A DNA stretch of 64,000 bases from Rhizodiscina lignyota (Eukaryota), in contig ML978121.1 of the NCBI GenBank assembly GCA_010015805.1, positions 2,542,001 to 2,606,000 on the forward strand. Reading direction: 5' to 3'. Shown piece after piece: positions 25,496 to 38,089 of this stretch. The notes beneath the pieces were generated by a model. It searched no databases. It saw only the letters and a list, made by a program, of their open reading frames with translations, and was not told where the DNA came from. A program made the translations under genes and the position numbers. How positions within the stretch are numbered: position 1 is the stretch's first letter; each line of letters opens with the position of its first letter.

Positions 25496-28291
25496 ATGAC
25501 TTCAGGAATGCAGTTTACGGACCGGGCTGCGAGCGCCCTTTCAGACGCCCAGGAGCTCGCTGTCCAATATGCTCATTCTCAGATAACGCCAGTACATCTC
25601 GCAGTCTCCTTACTCGATCCACCTCCAGACCTTTCGAAGGACCAGCAAACAACCACACACGATTCCCATGCGGCAAGTTCAGCACCACTCTTCAAGCAGG
25701 TAGTTGAACGAGCCCATGGCGACCCCCAAGCCCTCGACAGAGCATTGAAGAAAGCATTGGTACGGCTACCCGCTCAGGACCCTCCTCCAGAGTCGGTTAG
25801 TGCAGCACCGAGTTTTCTCAAAGTCCTTCGAAACGCGAACGACCTCTCAAAGACACAAAAAGATAGCTATATCGCCGTCGACCACCTTATACAATCGGTT
25901 GTACAAGATCCGACGATAAAGCAAGCTCTGGCAGAGTCGAATGTGCCTAAAACCAATCTCATCGACAATGCGATCCAGCAAATTCGAGGGACAAGGCGGG
26001 TGGACTCGAAGACTGCAGATGCAGAAGGCGAGAACGAGAACCTCAAGAAATTCACAATTGATATGACCGCCATGGCAAGAGAAGGAAAGATTGATCCTGT
26101 CATTGGTCGAGAAGAGGAGATCAGGCGAGTCATTCGTATCCTTTCGAGGCGGACGAAGAACAACCCAGTACTCATTGGCGAGCCAGGTGTGGGTAAAACT
26201 ACAGTTGTGGAAGGTCTCGCGTTGCGAATCGTCAACGCAGATGTCCCAGCGAACCTGGCAGCTTGCAAACTTCTGTCCCTCGACGTTGGCTCTCTTGTTG
26301 CAGGCAGCAAGTACCGAGGCGAGTTTGAAGAGAGGATGAAGGGTGTACTGAAGGAGATTGAAGAGTCGAAAGAAATGATCGTACTCTTCGTGGACGAGAT
26401 TCACCTCCTCATGGGTGCAGGTTCCAGCGGCGAAGGTGGCATGGACGCTGCGAACCTTCTTAAGCCTATGCTGGCGCGTGGGCAGCTGCACTGTATCGGT
26501 GCTACCACCCTCGGTGAATACAGGAAATACATCGAGAAAGACCAAGCTTTCGAACGTCGTTTCCAGCAAGTTTTGGTCAAAGAGCCATCGATCCCAGAAA
26601 CAATCTCCATCCTCCGTGGTCTCAAGGAAAAATACGAAACTCACCACGGTGTCACCATTCTCGACGGCGCTATCGTTTCTGCAGCTACTCTCGCAGCACG
26701 ATACCTCACTCAACGCCGCCTTCCCGACTCTGCAGTCGATCTCATCGATGAGGCAGCTGCCGCAGTGCGCGTAACGCGTGAGTCTCAACCAGAGGCTTTA
26801 GACAATCTCGAGCGCAAACTTCGACAACTCCAAATCGAAATTCACGCTCTTGAGCGCGAGAAAGATGAAGCTGCTAAGACACGTCTCCGAGAGGCAAAGG
26901 CGGAAGCTGCCAATATCGAAGAAGAGCTCAAGCCATTGCGAGAGAAGTATGAGAGCGAGAAGGAGAGAAGCAAAGAGATTCAAGAGGCCAAGATCAAACT
27001 TGACCAGCTCAAGACAAAACTCGCGGAGGCTGACCGTGTCCGAGACTTCCAAACGGCGTCCGACCTTCAGTACTATGCTATTCCCGGAGTCGAAGAGAGG
27101 ATTGCCAACCTCGAGGCCGAGAAGCGACGAGCAGATGCAGAGATTTACAACATGCGTGGTGATTCCTCCGCCGAACCGCTCATCACCGATGCGGTCGGCC
27201 CAGATCAAATCAACGAGATTGTTGCTCGCTGGACTGGCATCCCTGTAACGAGACTGAAGACCACCGAGAAAGACAAACTGCTCCATATGGAGAAGCACCT
27301 GTCAGAGATTGTCGTCGGTCAGCGCGAGGCTGTCAACTCTGTATCAAACGCTATCCGTCTACAACGCTCCGGCCTCGCGAATCCGAACCAACCACCATCC
27401 TTCCTCTTCTGTGGTCCCTCAGGTACAGGTAAGACACTCCTGACCAAGGCGCTCGCAGAATTCCTGTTCGACGACGCGAAGGCTATGATCCGCTTCGACA
27501 TGTCAGAATACCAAGAACGACACTCTCTCAGCCGTATGATTGGTGCTCCGCCAGGCTATGTTGGCCATGACGCTGGTGGCCAGCTTACTGAAGCATTGAG
27601 GCGGAAACCATTCTCCATCCTGCTCTTCGATGAGGTGGAGAAAGCGGCAAAGGAAGTCCTGACGGTCTTGTTGCAGCTCATGGACGACGGTCGTATCACC
27701 GATGGCCAAGGTCGTGTCGTCGATGCGAAGAACTGCATCGTGGTCATGACGAGCAATCTCGGCGCAGAGTACCTAGCCAGACCCAACGCGCCGAACGGCA
27801 AGATCGACCCAACGACGAAGGAGATGGTCATGGGCGCTCTGAGAAACTACTTCCTCCCTGAATTCCTCAACCGTATCTCAAGCATCGTCATCTTCAACCG
27901 TCTCACGAAGAAAGAGATCCGCAAGATTGTCGACGTGCGCATGGCGGAGATCCAGAAGAGGCTCAGCTCAAACGGCAGAAACGTACACATCGAGATGACG
28001 AACGAGGTCAGAGATTACCTTGGCTCGGCAGGTTACTCGCCCGCTTATGGTGCTCGTCCACTGGCCCGACTCATCGAGAAAGAAGTGCTCAACCGCATGG
28101 CTGTACTCATCCTCAGAGGCAGCATTAAAGATGGTGAGACGGCAAGAGTGGTTTTGGAGAACGGTCACATCCAAGTGCTGCCGAACCACGGAGACAGCGA
28201 TATGGAGGATGATAGCGAGATGTACGATGATGATGACGCTCTGCAAGAGTTAGAAGATGGGGCTGATGGAGACATGGATCTCTATGACTAA
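25496..28291 (+). CDS. HSP104: Hsp104/ClpB AAA+ disaggregase, intronless
   Basis: Clp N domain; two Walker A motifs ([16 protein letters not shown]) and Walker B motifs (LFVDE, LLFDE); pore loops KYRG and GYVG; coiled-coil M domain; acidic tail ending DMDLYD. First ATG is at 25496. Confidence 0.97.
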   Translation: MTSGMQFTDRAASALSDAQELAVQYAHSQITPVHLAVSLLDPPPDLSKDQQTTTHDSHAASSAPLFKQVVERAHGDPQALDRALKKALVRLPAQDPPPESVSAAPSFLKVLRNANDLSKTQKDSYIAVDHLIQSVVQDPTIKQALAESNVPKTNLIDNAIQQIRGTRRVDSKTADAEGENENLKKFTIDMTAMAREGKIDPVIGREEEIRRVIRILSRRTKNNPVLIGEPGVGKTTVVEGLALRIVNADVPANLAACKLLSLDVGSLVAGSKYRGEFEERMKGVLKEIEESKEMIVLFVDEIHLLMGAGSSGEGGMDAANLLKPMLARGQLHCIGATTLGEYRKYIEKDQAFERRFQQVLVKEPSIPETISILRGLKEKYETHHGVTILDGAIVSAATLAARYLTQRRLPDSAVDLIDEAAAAVRVTRESQPEALDNLERKLRQLQIEIHALEREKDEAAKTRLREAKAEAANIEEELKPLREKYESEKERSKEIQEAKIKLDQLKTKLAEADRVRDFQTASDLQYYAIPGVEERIANLEAEKRRADAEIYNMRGDSSAEPLITDAVGPDQINEIVARWTGIPVTRLKTTEKDKLLHMEKHLSEIVVGQREAVNSVSNAIRLQRSGLANPNQPPSFLFCGPSGTGKTLLTKALAEFLFDDAKAMIRFDMSEYQERHSLSRMIGAPPGYVGHDAGGQLTEALRRKPFSILLFDEVEKAAKEVLTVLLQLMDDGRITDGQGRVVDAKNCIVVMTSNLGAEYLARPNAPNGKIDPTTKEMVMGALRNYFLPEFLNRISSIVIFNRLTKKEIRKIVDVRMAEIQKRLSSNGRNVHIEMTNEVRDYLGSAGYSPAYGARPLARLIEKEVLNRMAVLILRGSIKDGETARVVLENGHIQVLPNHGDSDMEDDSEMYDDDDALQELEDGADGDMDLYD

Positions 28292-29221
28292 GTGTTTTCA
28301 TGAGAGGCGTTTTTTCTGGATTGTTATGGATATGCGACAAGCATGGCAAGAAGAAATGAGTTATGAAAAGCATTGGCGTTTAGCATCACGGAGGGATCAG
28401 ATTGGATGCCTGAACAATGATATAACGCTTCGTAATCAGCAAAGAATAAAATTCATAATACTTCAAACTGTTTGTCTATATATTTTTGTGCAGAAAGTGA
28501 ATAATATAATTGATCGTCCGCCCTTCGTAAGTCCAACTACCATAGTGACAATCGGGAAGGTGAGATTTGGCAAACCACCACAGATGCCGCACGAAATGTG
28601 CAGTTGGACCGAGCACTTCGGCAAGGCGTAAGAATATGAAATATCTTGTCTGTAATTAGGCGTTCGTGACGCAAGCCTTGGGTTAGCATTTGTCCTTTCG
28701 AGGGGCCTGATGGAGGGCTGGGCTTGAGTACCAGAGTAACACTTAACACAACGCCACCCTCAGTACGTAGTTGATAGGCGCCCCCCAGCCAAACAATGAA
28801 GAATCACAGCTACGTTAACCAAAAAATAAAATAAAACAACGCGTATTTTCTTAAAGAAAAAATACTGTCTAGATGCTGAAAAAAGGGGAATTTGGAAAAC
28901 AAAAGTGCAAAACCTAACTGGCTCTCCGAATCGAAGACTCGGGGAGACAGTAAGGAAAACCAGACTGACTGAGTTTATTAGGAAGGGCGGGGGCCCTTTG
29001 CAGTTATGCCACTAGTTATTCAGTGTGCATGTCGGAAAACCACATTAGACCTAAAACTTAAATTCAATATAACTGTTCGAAATTTGCTGTTGCCCTTAAC
29101 ACGAATGGACCCTAACACACGGACCACACGGTTGCAATCGGCTGCTCACGCAAACAAGTTACAACAGCTAGAAGGCACACCTTTTATTTTCTTTAAGCCT
29201 GCGCATGATCTAGCTATAACT

Positions 29222-31073
29222 TCATACTTTGGACTTCCTTCTCTCTTCCACTTTGGCTGGTAACTGCAGTCTTAGCAACTTGCCCGTCGGTCCCTTTGGA
29301 ATCTCATCCAGATAAAATAAACCTCCCCTTAGCTTCTTGTAAGGCGCTACCCTCGAATCTACATAGTCTCTGACCTCTTCCAGGATCCCTTCTCGCGACA
29401 TACGCGTTACAGCGGATCGAAACGTAACGTAACCCACAGGAATTTCGGTCGCCTGCTCCTCGTTGTACACGCCGCAAACGCCAGCATCGGTAACGAGAGG
29501 ATGCGAGAGTAGGACTTCTTCCAACTCTGCTGGCGGTACTTGGTACCCTTTGTACTTGATCAACTCTTTCTTCCGCCCTGTCAACCAGAAAAAGCCTTCC
29601 TCGTCTACAATCGCGACGTCGCCGGTGCATAACCATCCGTCCTTGAACGAGGTCGCTGTCTCGGTCGGGTTATTTTTGTAGCGCATGAACATTGTTGGAC
29701 CTTTTACGAGGACTTCACCTCGCTGGCCAGGCTCCACATCGTTATAATTATCGTCAACGACGCGCATTTCGACACCGGCGGCCGGCTTGCCCACACTACC
29801 AGTCTTGCGAGTCGAGTGGTGGGAGCGTAGCATCGTAATAGTACCTTCACTCATGCTGTCCCACTATCAGTACGATTGCATGATGTCGAAGTTGAGCACG
29901 ACATTTTAGGGCAGTGTTCAAGCTACGCACCCATAGCCATTCAGGATTGAGCAACCCTTGAGCCGGACCTGTAACTTCTCTGCCACCTCAATAGGCAGCG
30001 ACGCACCAGAGCAGTACATCGTTTGCACACTCGTCAAGTCGAGTTTGGACACCTTTGCGTCTTTTGCTAATCGAATCGCTGTTGAGGGCACGAGGCGTAT
30101 ACACGTCGCACGTATCTCCGCACAGCGTTGGAAGTACTGGACAAAGTCGAATTGCGGCATGGCAACGACATGACTCCCAAAGAAAGCTGGCATGAGCATA
30201 CCGATCACGAGGCCGTAAATATGAGCGACTATATCAGATGGTCAGCTTTGCTGTACCAGAGGGAGACGACGACGATAGCTGAATTGCGTACAAGAAGGAA
30301 AGAAGACCTCTCTCATGAAGCCGTTGTACAGAAACGGGTCTGTTGCTCGACCAGTGAGGTTATACGCGATTAAGGAGTAATGGCTGAGGAGGACACCCTT
30401 TGGTCGTCCGCTGGTTCCTGAGCTAAAGCACATCCCAGCAGGCACCTCACGATTATCACGACTGGAAAGATCGAAAGGCGACAGAGCAGGCCGCTGAGTA
30501 CTAACGATATCCTGGGGAAAGAGCTGGTAACCTTTTGAATTCGGTCTTTTGCCGTGTCCGAAGAGGATAACCTTTGGTTTCACTTTCAGCTCTGGACTGA
30601 TCGACAAAGCCGACTCGACCTTGGGCAGTAGTGCTGCGTCTGTGGCAACAACTACTGGCTCCGAGAGACTAAAGTAGTGAATGAGCTCGTGTGCGCTCGC
30701 CAATGGATTGATAGCACTACGATTGACTTGTAAGTGAGGGGCATACTCTAACGAGGATAGCTTACCTAAAGACGGCTCCAGCCCACATCACTGAGTGCGA
30801 TAGATACGCCCAGTTGACAGAGTTCGAGGCATATATGTAAACGAAATCACCCTCCTTCACACCGAGGACTTCTCTTAATCCTGCAGCTCCAAGGGCAGCC
30901 TGTTCGCGGATCCCGCCGAACGTCATTTTGTGGTCTGGCTCGTCGAAGTCGCTCCATATTGTCGTATCGGCAGTGACATCGTCCGGGTTACTCTTCAATA
31001 AAAACTGAGATACAGATTGATTGGTCGCTGCATTGGGCTCAGGATATTTCGATCTGTATATCCATTGAGGCAT
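29222..31073 (-). CDS. AMP-dependent acyl/aryl-CoA ligase (4-coumarate-CoA ligase/luciferase-like), PTS1-like C-terminus
   Basis: FSSGTSGRPKG AMP-binding motif, NGYG|MSE, GEVLVKGP, TGD, GRKKELIKYKGYQVPPAELE, IPKGPTGKLLR; ends RRKSKV; four exons. Confidence 0.92.
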
Positions 31074-31811
31074 CTCGTAACGAATGCGAATCTTCCAGTA
31101 AAAATGAAACCGACAGGCAGGAGTCCGATGACTGCAGAGCTAATCAAAACTTATAGAAACTGATATACAAAAGTATTCAACTTCATATCTCGGCTTGAGG
31201 TCGAAGTAGTCATTAGCGCGGCATTGCGGTGGGGTAAGTTGCCGAAGCATACTTGTTCGTGTGGGGCTCCGCATCGTGGCGGGAATCGAGATCCGCAAAG
31301 GGTCAAAGCGAAGCATTTTAGGCAAAGAAAAGCCAATAGTAGTGTGCTTTGGTGATGGCTCAATGCGACTATGAGCATTGATTTATACTAGGTACGGCGG
31401 CGCTTGGCTCAAGCCACCAGTGTAACCTTGCAGACTCCGTTCGCTTCGCCAAAACTTCTCTGAAAGAGCTAAGCGAAGAATCGCCAATTGGAAGGTATCT
31501 AAGAAGATCGAGAGAATTGTTAGTATCGCAAACTGCAAGATAGGGATAACTTGTTCAGGAGAGCAGCGAAAGTGGGCATACTCCATTGGACGGACAAGGA
31601 AATCTAGTTATACTCACAGCCACTTTCTGAAGGTCAACTTCAAAACTAGCAACTAGGATTTTCTGCATTGTGCTGCCAATCAGACATGTCGTTCGTTGGT
31701 CGCTAAGCCGGGGAAGATCCGTTGTTCGAAGGCAACCAGGCACCCAGGACTAGGGCCGGCCTTTGCCATAATGCGCCACTGCTTTATATCGAAGAAATGA
31801 GGCGAGCGTGC

Positions 31812-32936
31812 TCAGCTTGGATGCCCGTCTATTATCTTAGCCAACTCGGGGAACCCTTTGCGAACTGCTTCTCCGATGCTCCAATGCTTCAGCTGTCGGA
31901 TATGCTCTTCATAGATCGGGTTTATAAAGACCTCCTTCGGTTCAGGCACTGACTGTATGACCACATGGGAGGGATCATAATTCCATGTAATATCGAAACT
32001 CGAGCTATACACAGCGGCAAAAGCGTCGAGTGTGATCTCTGGGTGGTCGACGAGATAATTGCGCGCTCTGGGCCACGGAATGCGATCTACCCACGCGGCA
32101 TGAGGAGTCGACAGCTGTTTTGGCTCTGGCCTGAGCCATACAGGCATCTGCGCCCAACTTGGTTCGTCCTGAAGCAGCTGCCAATGGAGCAGAGTTGACA
32201 TCAGAAAGTGTACTGCGACCTGCTTGGGCAAAGTCTCGATTTCTGTGTAGCTTCGCACGATATCTCCGACCACATTGCTTGTCTCATCGTCGCTCCGTAG
32301 GGACTTGTCCATAAGTGGACAGAGGTTAAGTCGATGCGGATAAATGATCGGACTTGGTGAAGCTGCTGCTTGGGGGGAGGTCGTGGTCGATGAAGGAGAG
32401 GGTGGAACTATGGTAAGGATTAGAAGAGTCTGAACATTTACAGTCTTTTCAGACTTACACTGTCCTGTTCCCGAATCATTCAGCAAATTAGCAACAGTGA
32501 TCCGTCTTTGCGAAGATACAAAGGTCTGTAGTATTTGATCGCTGAGACAGGTCGGCGAAGTATTAACTGGTAGTCTCTGCCATGGGGGTCGCGAGTTCGG
32601 CGCCTCCTCATCTCGTCCTTCTTCATGCCCAGGCTGAGCACCCAGTAAGTTGAGTCTCAACGCAGCATTTTGAACGCGAAGACTATCATTTTCGTTCTCG
32701 AGGGTGTGGACTTTGGCTGTGAGAGCGCCATTCTGCCTCGTCTCATTTTCGAGAGCGTGCGTTAGGAAGGCGACCTGCTGCGTGAGTGTCTGCAATGACC
32801 ATTTGTTCCTATCTCGCATCGCCTGCTGGGCCTTCCGGTCGCGCGCTCGCTTGCGAGCTAGGTCGGACTCGTTCATTGCCCGCGTCCCTGTGGTGGGTTT
32901 GGGAGATCCATCCTCACTGGGGCCGGAAGGGGCCAT
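31812..32936 (-). CDS. bZIP transcription factor with DUF3425-like C-terminal domain
   Basis: Basic region RKRARDRKAQQAMRDR followed by leucine heptads; C-terminal WLRP..QLSTPHAAWVDRIPWPRAR motif; probable in-frame intron 32408-32458. Confidence 0.88.
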   Translation of the reverse strand: MAPSGPSEDGSPKPTTGTRAMNESDLARKRARDRKAQQAMRDRNKWSLQTLTQQVAFLTHALENETRQNGALTAKVHTLENENDSLRVQNAALRLNLLGAQPGHEEGRDEEAPNSRPPWQRLPVNTSPTCLSDQILQTFVSSQRRITVANLLNDSGTGQCKSEKTVNVQTLLILTIVPPSPSSTTTSPQAAASPSPIIYPHRLNLCPLMDKSLRSDDETSNVVGDIVRSYTEIETLPKQVAVHFLMSTLLHWQLLQDEPSWAQMPVWLRPEPKQLSTPHAAWVDRIPWPRARNYLVDHPEITLDAFAAVYSSSFDITWNYDPSHVVIQSVPEPKEVFINPIYEEHIRQLKHWSIGEAVRKGFPELAKIIDGHPS

Positions 32937-33413
32937 TGCGAGCTCGAAGACATCAGTCTGCCGTCTCCAAGTTCAAGTTTTGCTACTGATTCAGGTAGAT
33001 ACCACCGAAATCGTGGGTAAGGCCATCGGATGGGAATAAGCATGCGTGATTGACTGGAAGAGGGTAGCCGGACGTCAGGATACGCTAACCCCCGGATTCC
33101 AAGTCCGCAAGTCTGGGGAAGATGCATGGGGCATATGATTGGACGAGATCACCACCTGAAGATAATAACAAAAATTTGTTAAAGGGAGTCAGAGACAGAT
33201 AGTCTACCAAGGTGCTTCAATTCTGAGAGTATGCCGAGTAACATCGAGGGTGTCAAGTTATAGTAACCAGCTTTATGAGTCTCTTGTCAATGTGATTACA
33301 GTACGTTAACTTGTTATACAGTTTATCGATTCGGAATTGAGTTGTCACATCGCAGAGATTGCTAAATTACAAATTGTGCACGGTATACTCTTGACTCCAA
33401 AGTATCTCCATTG

Positions 33414-35741
33414 TTAAGACGAGACAGCGGCAGACCCATCCGGCTGCCCACCGAGCCCCATAGTATGCTGCAGATCGGAGAGGCCCATTAAATTGAGAAA
33501 CGCCGTGTCTTGCAAGTCACTCATCCCCTCAAACCACGATGCTGGTAAATAAGGAAGGCATCCATGCACTCCACCAGGATCAGTGATGTGTGGATGGAGT
33601 GTCTGAGCGCCAGACGTGGCGACGGAGCTGTTTGGAGATGGGGTCGACGTCGGATTATCTCCATTGCTACGTCTACGGCCGTTTATTCCTCCAGGATCAC
33701 CATCGTCGCTGAAATCTTTCACAAATCTGCTGATGACATTGGACATGAGAACAGCGGGTTCGTAGGTCTTTGCGGTGATGTTTAGGGTATTCCCTAATGA
33801 GAGAAGATGATCGAGGAGTTTCTTGCGTTGTTCCTCACTGGAGAGGCTGATGATTTCGGCCATTAGAGCAGTGGCTGCTGCTCCTGCGTATTGCATCCCG
33901 CTGACGTAGACTTTTCGTAGATCGTATTTCTCTCGGTAGTGCTCGAATATCGAGGCTATTCTCATGGCATTTTCGGCGCACACTGTCCGTGACATGCGAG
34001 AGAAGTGATTGCTTTGAGCAGCCTCCGACTTGTTCTGCGCTGGGGCATTGTAGTTTGCGAATGTACGGTGTAAAAGAATCAATGCTGTATAAAATTGTGC
34101 ACTGTGAAGTGTCAGTAAGGAGTAACTCCGTCTCATGAACTAGGCCGACCCACTGCAACAAGAAGTAAGACGCAGGAGCATCCTCGATATTCTCAGGAGT
34201 CCATTTCAGCTCGTCTGATATGTTGCAATACCAGTTGTTGAGGTCTCGGTCTAGAGCAGCGATGTCAAGATACGTATCGGCCACTTTACCGTTCTTCCTG
34301 CTATCAAACATCTCGCAAAGCTTCCCAACGAGATCCATAAGGTGCAGGAGAGCTTCATAGACTCTTGTCTCCAACATCTTTTGACCATGCGGCCCGCACG
34401 CAATCATCCGCCCAAAGTCTTTCGTCAAGCATGAAGGAGCAATGTCGGCCATTTTGAAGAAAGTCGGTCGGCCTAGGAAGAGCGCCCAGTACTTATCGGA
34501 TATCATGCAAGCCCAAAGCACCATGTGGCGGATTTGTGTTTCAAGCTCGCTGATCTGTAGGGTACTCGCATCGACATGCAAACCAACATCGAACACCAGC
34601 CGGAAAGCCATTCCTGAGTATAACCAGCCTGTGTCATCTCGACCACAGCCAGCTTCTAAATCGCCGAGCAGATAAAGTGCTTGAATGGAAGGAATTCCAC
34701 CGGGCTTCTCGAGCTCTGCCTGGGCGAGACTCCGCGCTTTTGAATGCATTATGCATGTTTCATGGCCCGTTGATGCTAAATTTCGAATATCAGGCCTGTT
34801 CTTATCTGCATAACGGAATCCAATTGCAAGCATTGCGAAGTGTAGAAAGGTAGAGTAGAATTTGCTGTCCCCATTCTTAAGGTCATCATAGAATGCATAC
34901 TTGTGGACAACATGCATCACACCATTATGACAATCCCAGAACAGATCCATCAAGTAATCGTGAGTCTCTGGAGACATATCTCGAACAAGCATAGCGATAG
35001 GCCAATGCGACTGGTGCTTCTCCACAGGACCAGGAGTCTGTCGGACACTGGACAGAATATGCATGGTAGTTGTAGGGCCAAAGAAGCGGACACGCCCGGA
35101 TGCCATATCAAATTTAACAGGGCACGGAACGAGTTGACGGACAAGTGCTCTGCTCTGTCTTCTGGATCGAACCGGACCTTTTGGCCGTTGAGGTTCAGGG
35201 GAATGCCGTGTGATTCCGATTGAGGCCTGCATTGGATCAAGGTCCTTGGAAGAGATGTCCCCATTTTGTTGAGAGGAATTACCAGCATTCTGTTCCTTTC
35301 TGAGGTTGGGCGACGGAATATCGTGGACTTGTTGGCTCTCAGATCCGGTTGGTGTGATGGGAACCTCCCCTCCAGTTTGGTGTTTCAAAAGCCCTTCTAG
35401 CTGTTGAATCCTCTGCATCAGATCATCGGGAGAGACTTTTGATGATCCCCGACTGGTATACATTAGTTCAAGAGTACCTGAATTGATCATAGACGAAATT
35501 GCGTACGTCTTCCTGCCATCCTTGTCATCAAAAACACACTCCGTATTCGTAGAAGCACAAGGTATGCATTGTCCCTGTCCAGTGTCAAGCACACACTGCT
35601 CATGTTAGCCTCTGTCTCAACTGTAACTGGAAAATATAAGAGCGATGTAGCTCTACTGACTCGAACTCTTGTCCGACGACAAGCTATGCATGCTGTGGAT
35701 GCTCTATGTCTTTTCCTCGGAGGGAGCTCTACTTCATCCAT
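33414..35741 (-). CDS. Zn(II)2Cys6 transcription factor with fungal TF middle-homology domain
   Basis: MDEVELPPRKRHRASTACIACRRTRVR|CVLDTGQGQCIPCASTNTECVF; middle region GWLYSGMAFRLVFDVGLH...LWACMISDKYWALFLGRP. Confidence 0.92.
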
Positions 35742-36443
35742 ATTGCTCTCCGGCACATTTCCTTTTCATGAACAGGTGTTAAGGAACCATATCGTACCGT
35801 GCGGACGCTGTCACATTTCAAATGTGGAGAAGGGGAAGTTTCGGAAAACTACATCCTGTCCGTTGTCATCTGCTCGAGTAGTGGAGGTCTGAGCTTGAAT
35901 TCTAGACCTCTCATGATAGATATGTTGGCAGTGCCTGGCAGCATAGTGGATTTCACAGTAATATTTAAAAAGATTGGAATCCGCGACTCAAGTGTCGTTG
36001 GAGAAATTGAGCAGAAACAACCTTGGAATCCGCAAAGGAGAACGAGGGATAATTGGGATGGCAGATCTTATCTTATCTCTTCCTATCGTGGACCCTCTCT
36101 CGGATACTTCCCGAGCATCCGTTCAATCCGTTCCAAACCTTAGGACCGTGGCCATTAGAGGAAAGTGGCGTAGGAATGCCTCCTCACGTCCAACGCGTAT
36201 TAACATGGACGCTGTGTCACACTCTGCTTCGGAAAATGACATGCTGTTCTCCTGAAGAAACCCACGTCGGGCCTCATTCGGCTTCGTCATGTCTCGTGAC
36301 GGACCCTTTCAGTTTCTTCTCTAGCTTTTATTTGCGTTGAGTCCTCATTTCTCTCTGTTCATTATCCTAGCTATTGTGCATCGACTCAATTTTGTCCGTC
36401 TCAATTTCAAATAAGTTATAGTGTTCTCTCACTCGTCTCCAAC

Positions 36444-37297
36444 ATGTCAAGCTTCCAGGATAAAGTCATTGTTATCACCGGAGGGGCCTCCGGCATGGGT
36501 CTTGCCACTGCAAAGCTCCTGGCATCCAAAGGTGCCAAGATATCAATAGCAGATGTCCAAGAAGGACCTCTCAAGTCCGCAGTTGAGGATATCGAGAAAG
36601 CAGGCGGAAAGGCCATCGGGACAGTTGTCGATGTCCGAAACCGCAAACAGGTTGAAGCTTGGATTGAGAAGACCGTGTCGAGCTTTGGCAAACTTGACGG
36701 AGCAGCTAATTTGGCGGGCGTTATTGGAAAGCAAAATAACATGGCTGGGCTTGAAGACATCGACGACGATGACTGGGACTTTGGTATGAAGCCCACATAG
36801 TTCCGTTTCGGTCCTCCACTAACCCGAACAGTGATCGGTGTGAACCTCAGGGGTGTGCTGAACTGCCTCCGGGCACAGATCCCACATTTCAATGATGGCG
36901 CTTCGATTGTCAATGCTGCGAGCGTAGCAGGCATGATCGGCTTCAAACAGAACGGCTCTTATGTGGCGAGCAAGCATGGCGTTGTCGGACTGACCAAAAC
37001 CGCCGCGAAAGAGCTTGGCCCTAGGCAGATTAGATGCAACTGCTTTTGCCCGTATGTGTACCACGTCATTTGCCATCATTTAAGCTGAAACTGAACTTTC
37101 ACAGAGGCATGATCGAGACCCCAATGTTCCGCAAGTCTGCTGAGATCCGTGGCACCGAGATGGATCCTGGCTTTGTGGCTTTGAAGCGGAAAGGCGAGGC
37201 GTCAGAGATCGCCAACCTGATTGAATGGCTGCTGTCTAGTGGATCTTCTTATATCACTGGAACGTCTCAAATGGTTGATGGCGGATGGCTCTGCTGA
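36444..37297 (+). CDS. Classical short-chain dehydrogenase/reductase (3 exons)
   Basis: TGGASGMG cofactor motif, ANLAG, NAAS, catalytic YVASK, C-terminal YITGTSQMVDGG. Confidence 0.93.
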
Positions 37298-38089
37298 GGA
37301 AGTATCTTGATTCGTGTGAAGTTATTTCCGCATAGCGCTCTGTATCTGCAAACTTGTAGAACGAAATCAGAAGTGAAGAAAATGAAGTTCCAGCCTTACG
37401 GAGTGTTATTTGACTTAAAGGTAGTGATATGGCTGTGAGAATGTATTTCGAAGATATCGAGAGAGCGGTAGAACTGACCGCCGACCGTGACTAAGTCGTA
37501 GTCAACATCGAAGTGGAACCACCCAACATGCGTCACGCAGCGATTGCGCAGGGGATATGTCTAGACGCGATAATTTGTTAATAAATTCTTCCAAGGCTAG
37601 AGCAATCAAGGCATAAGGTCCAATAGAGAGACTTTAGTGTGTCGCATTGCATCTCGTACGTACATAACCCCACCAAAGGAGCTCAACCCCGAGAATGAAA
37701 GCGGAATCGAAAGATGTTTACGAGACCATGATTCCCTGTTTGTGTTCGAGACTGGAAGCTCTTCTAACTTGAGTTGGACGATGAGAGTGGTAGTAGCTGG
37801 CTCGCAGTGTCTTGGTTGGGAGATTTTTCTTGCTGCAGCCACAAATCGCCTCCCTGCTTTCTAAGGCCGGCGCAGTGAAACGGGCCCACACGGCCGTAAA
37901 CAGCAACCATCGCAATGACCTCACACGACTCGCTACTTCACGAGAAAAGTAGATGAAGTTGATATATAAGAGCTCTAAGTCATGTAAGACAGCATTGCAC
38001 TCATCAGACAAAGTTTCAATCATCTTCCTACTTCAGAACAATAAGCATTTTCAAAGCTTTAATAAATCCATCGATCCATCCTCTTCACA

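Noticed and set aside
25847..27831. Long antisense ORFs (up to 313 aa) inside HSP104, and similar ones inside PTC6, KAP95 and the 2OG dioxygenase
   Set aside because: Expected shadow ORFs from biased codon usage in the sense gene; no recognisable motifs.
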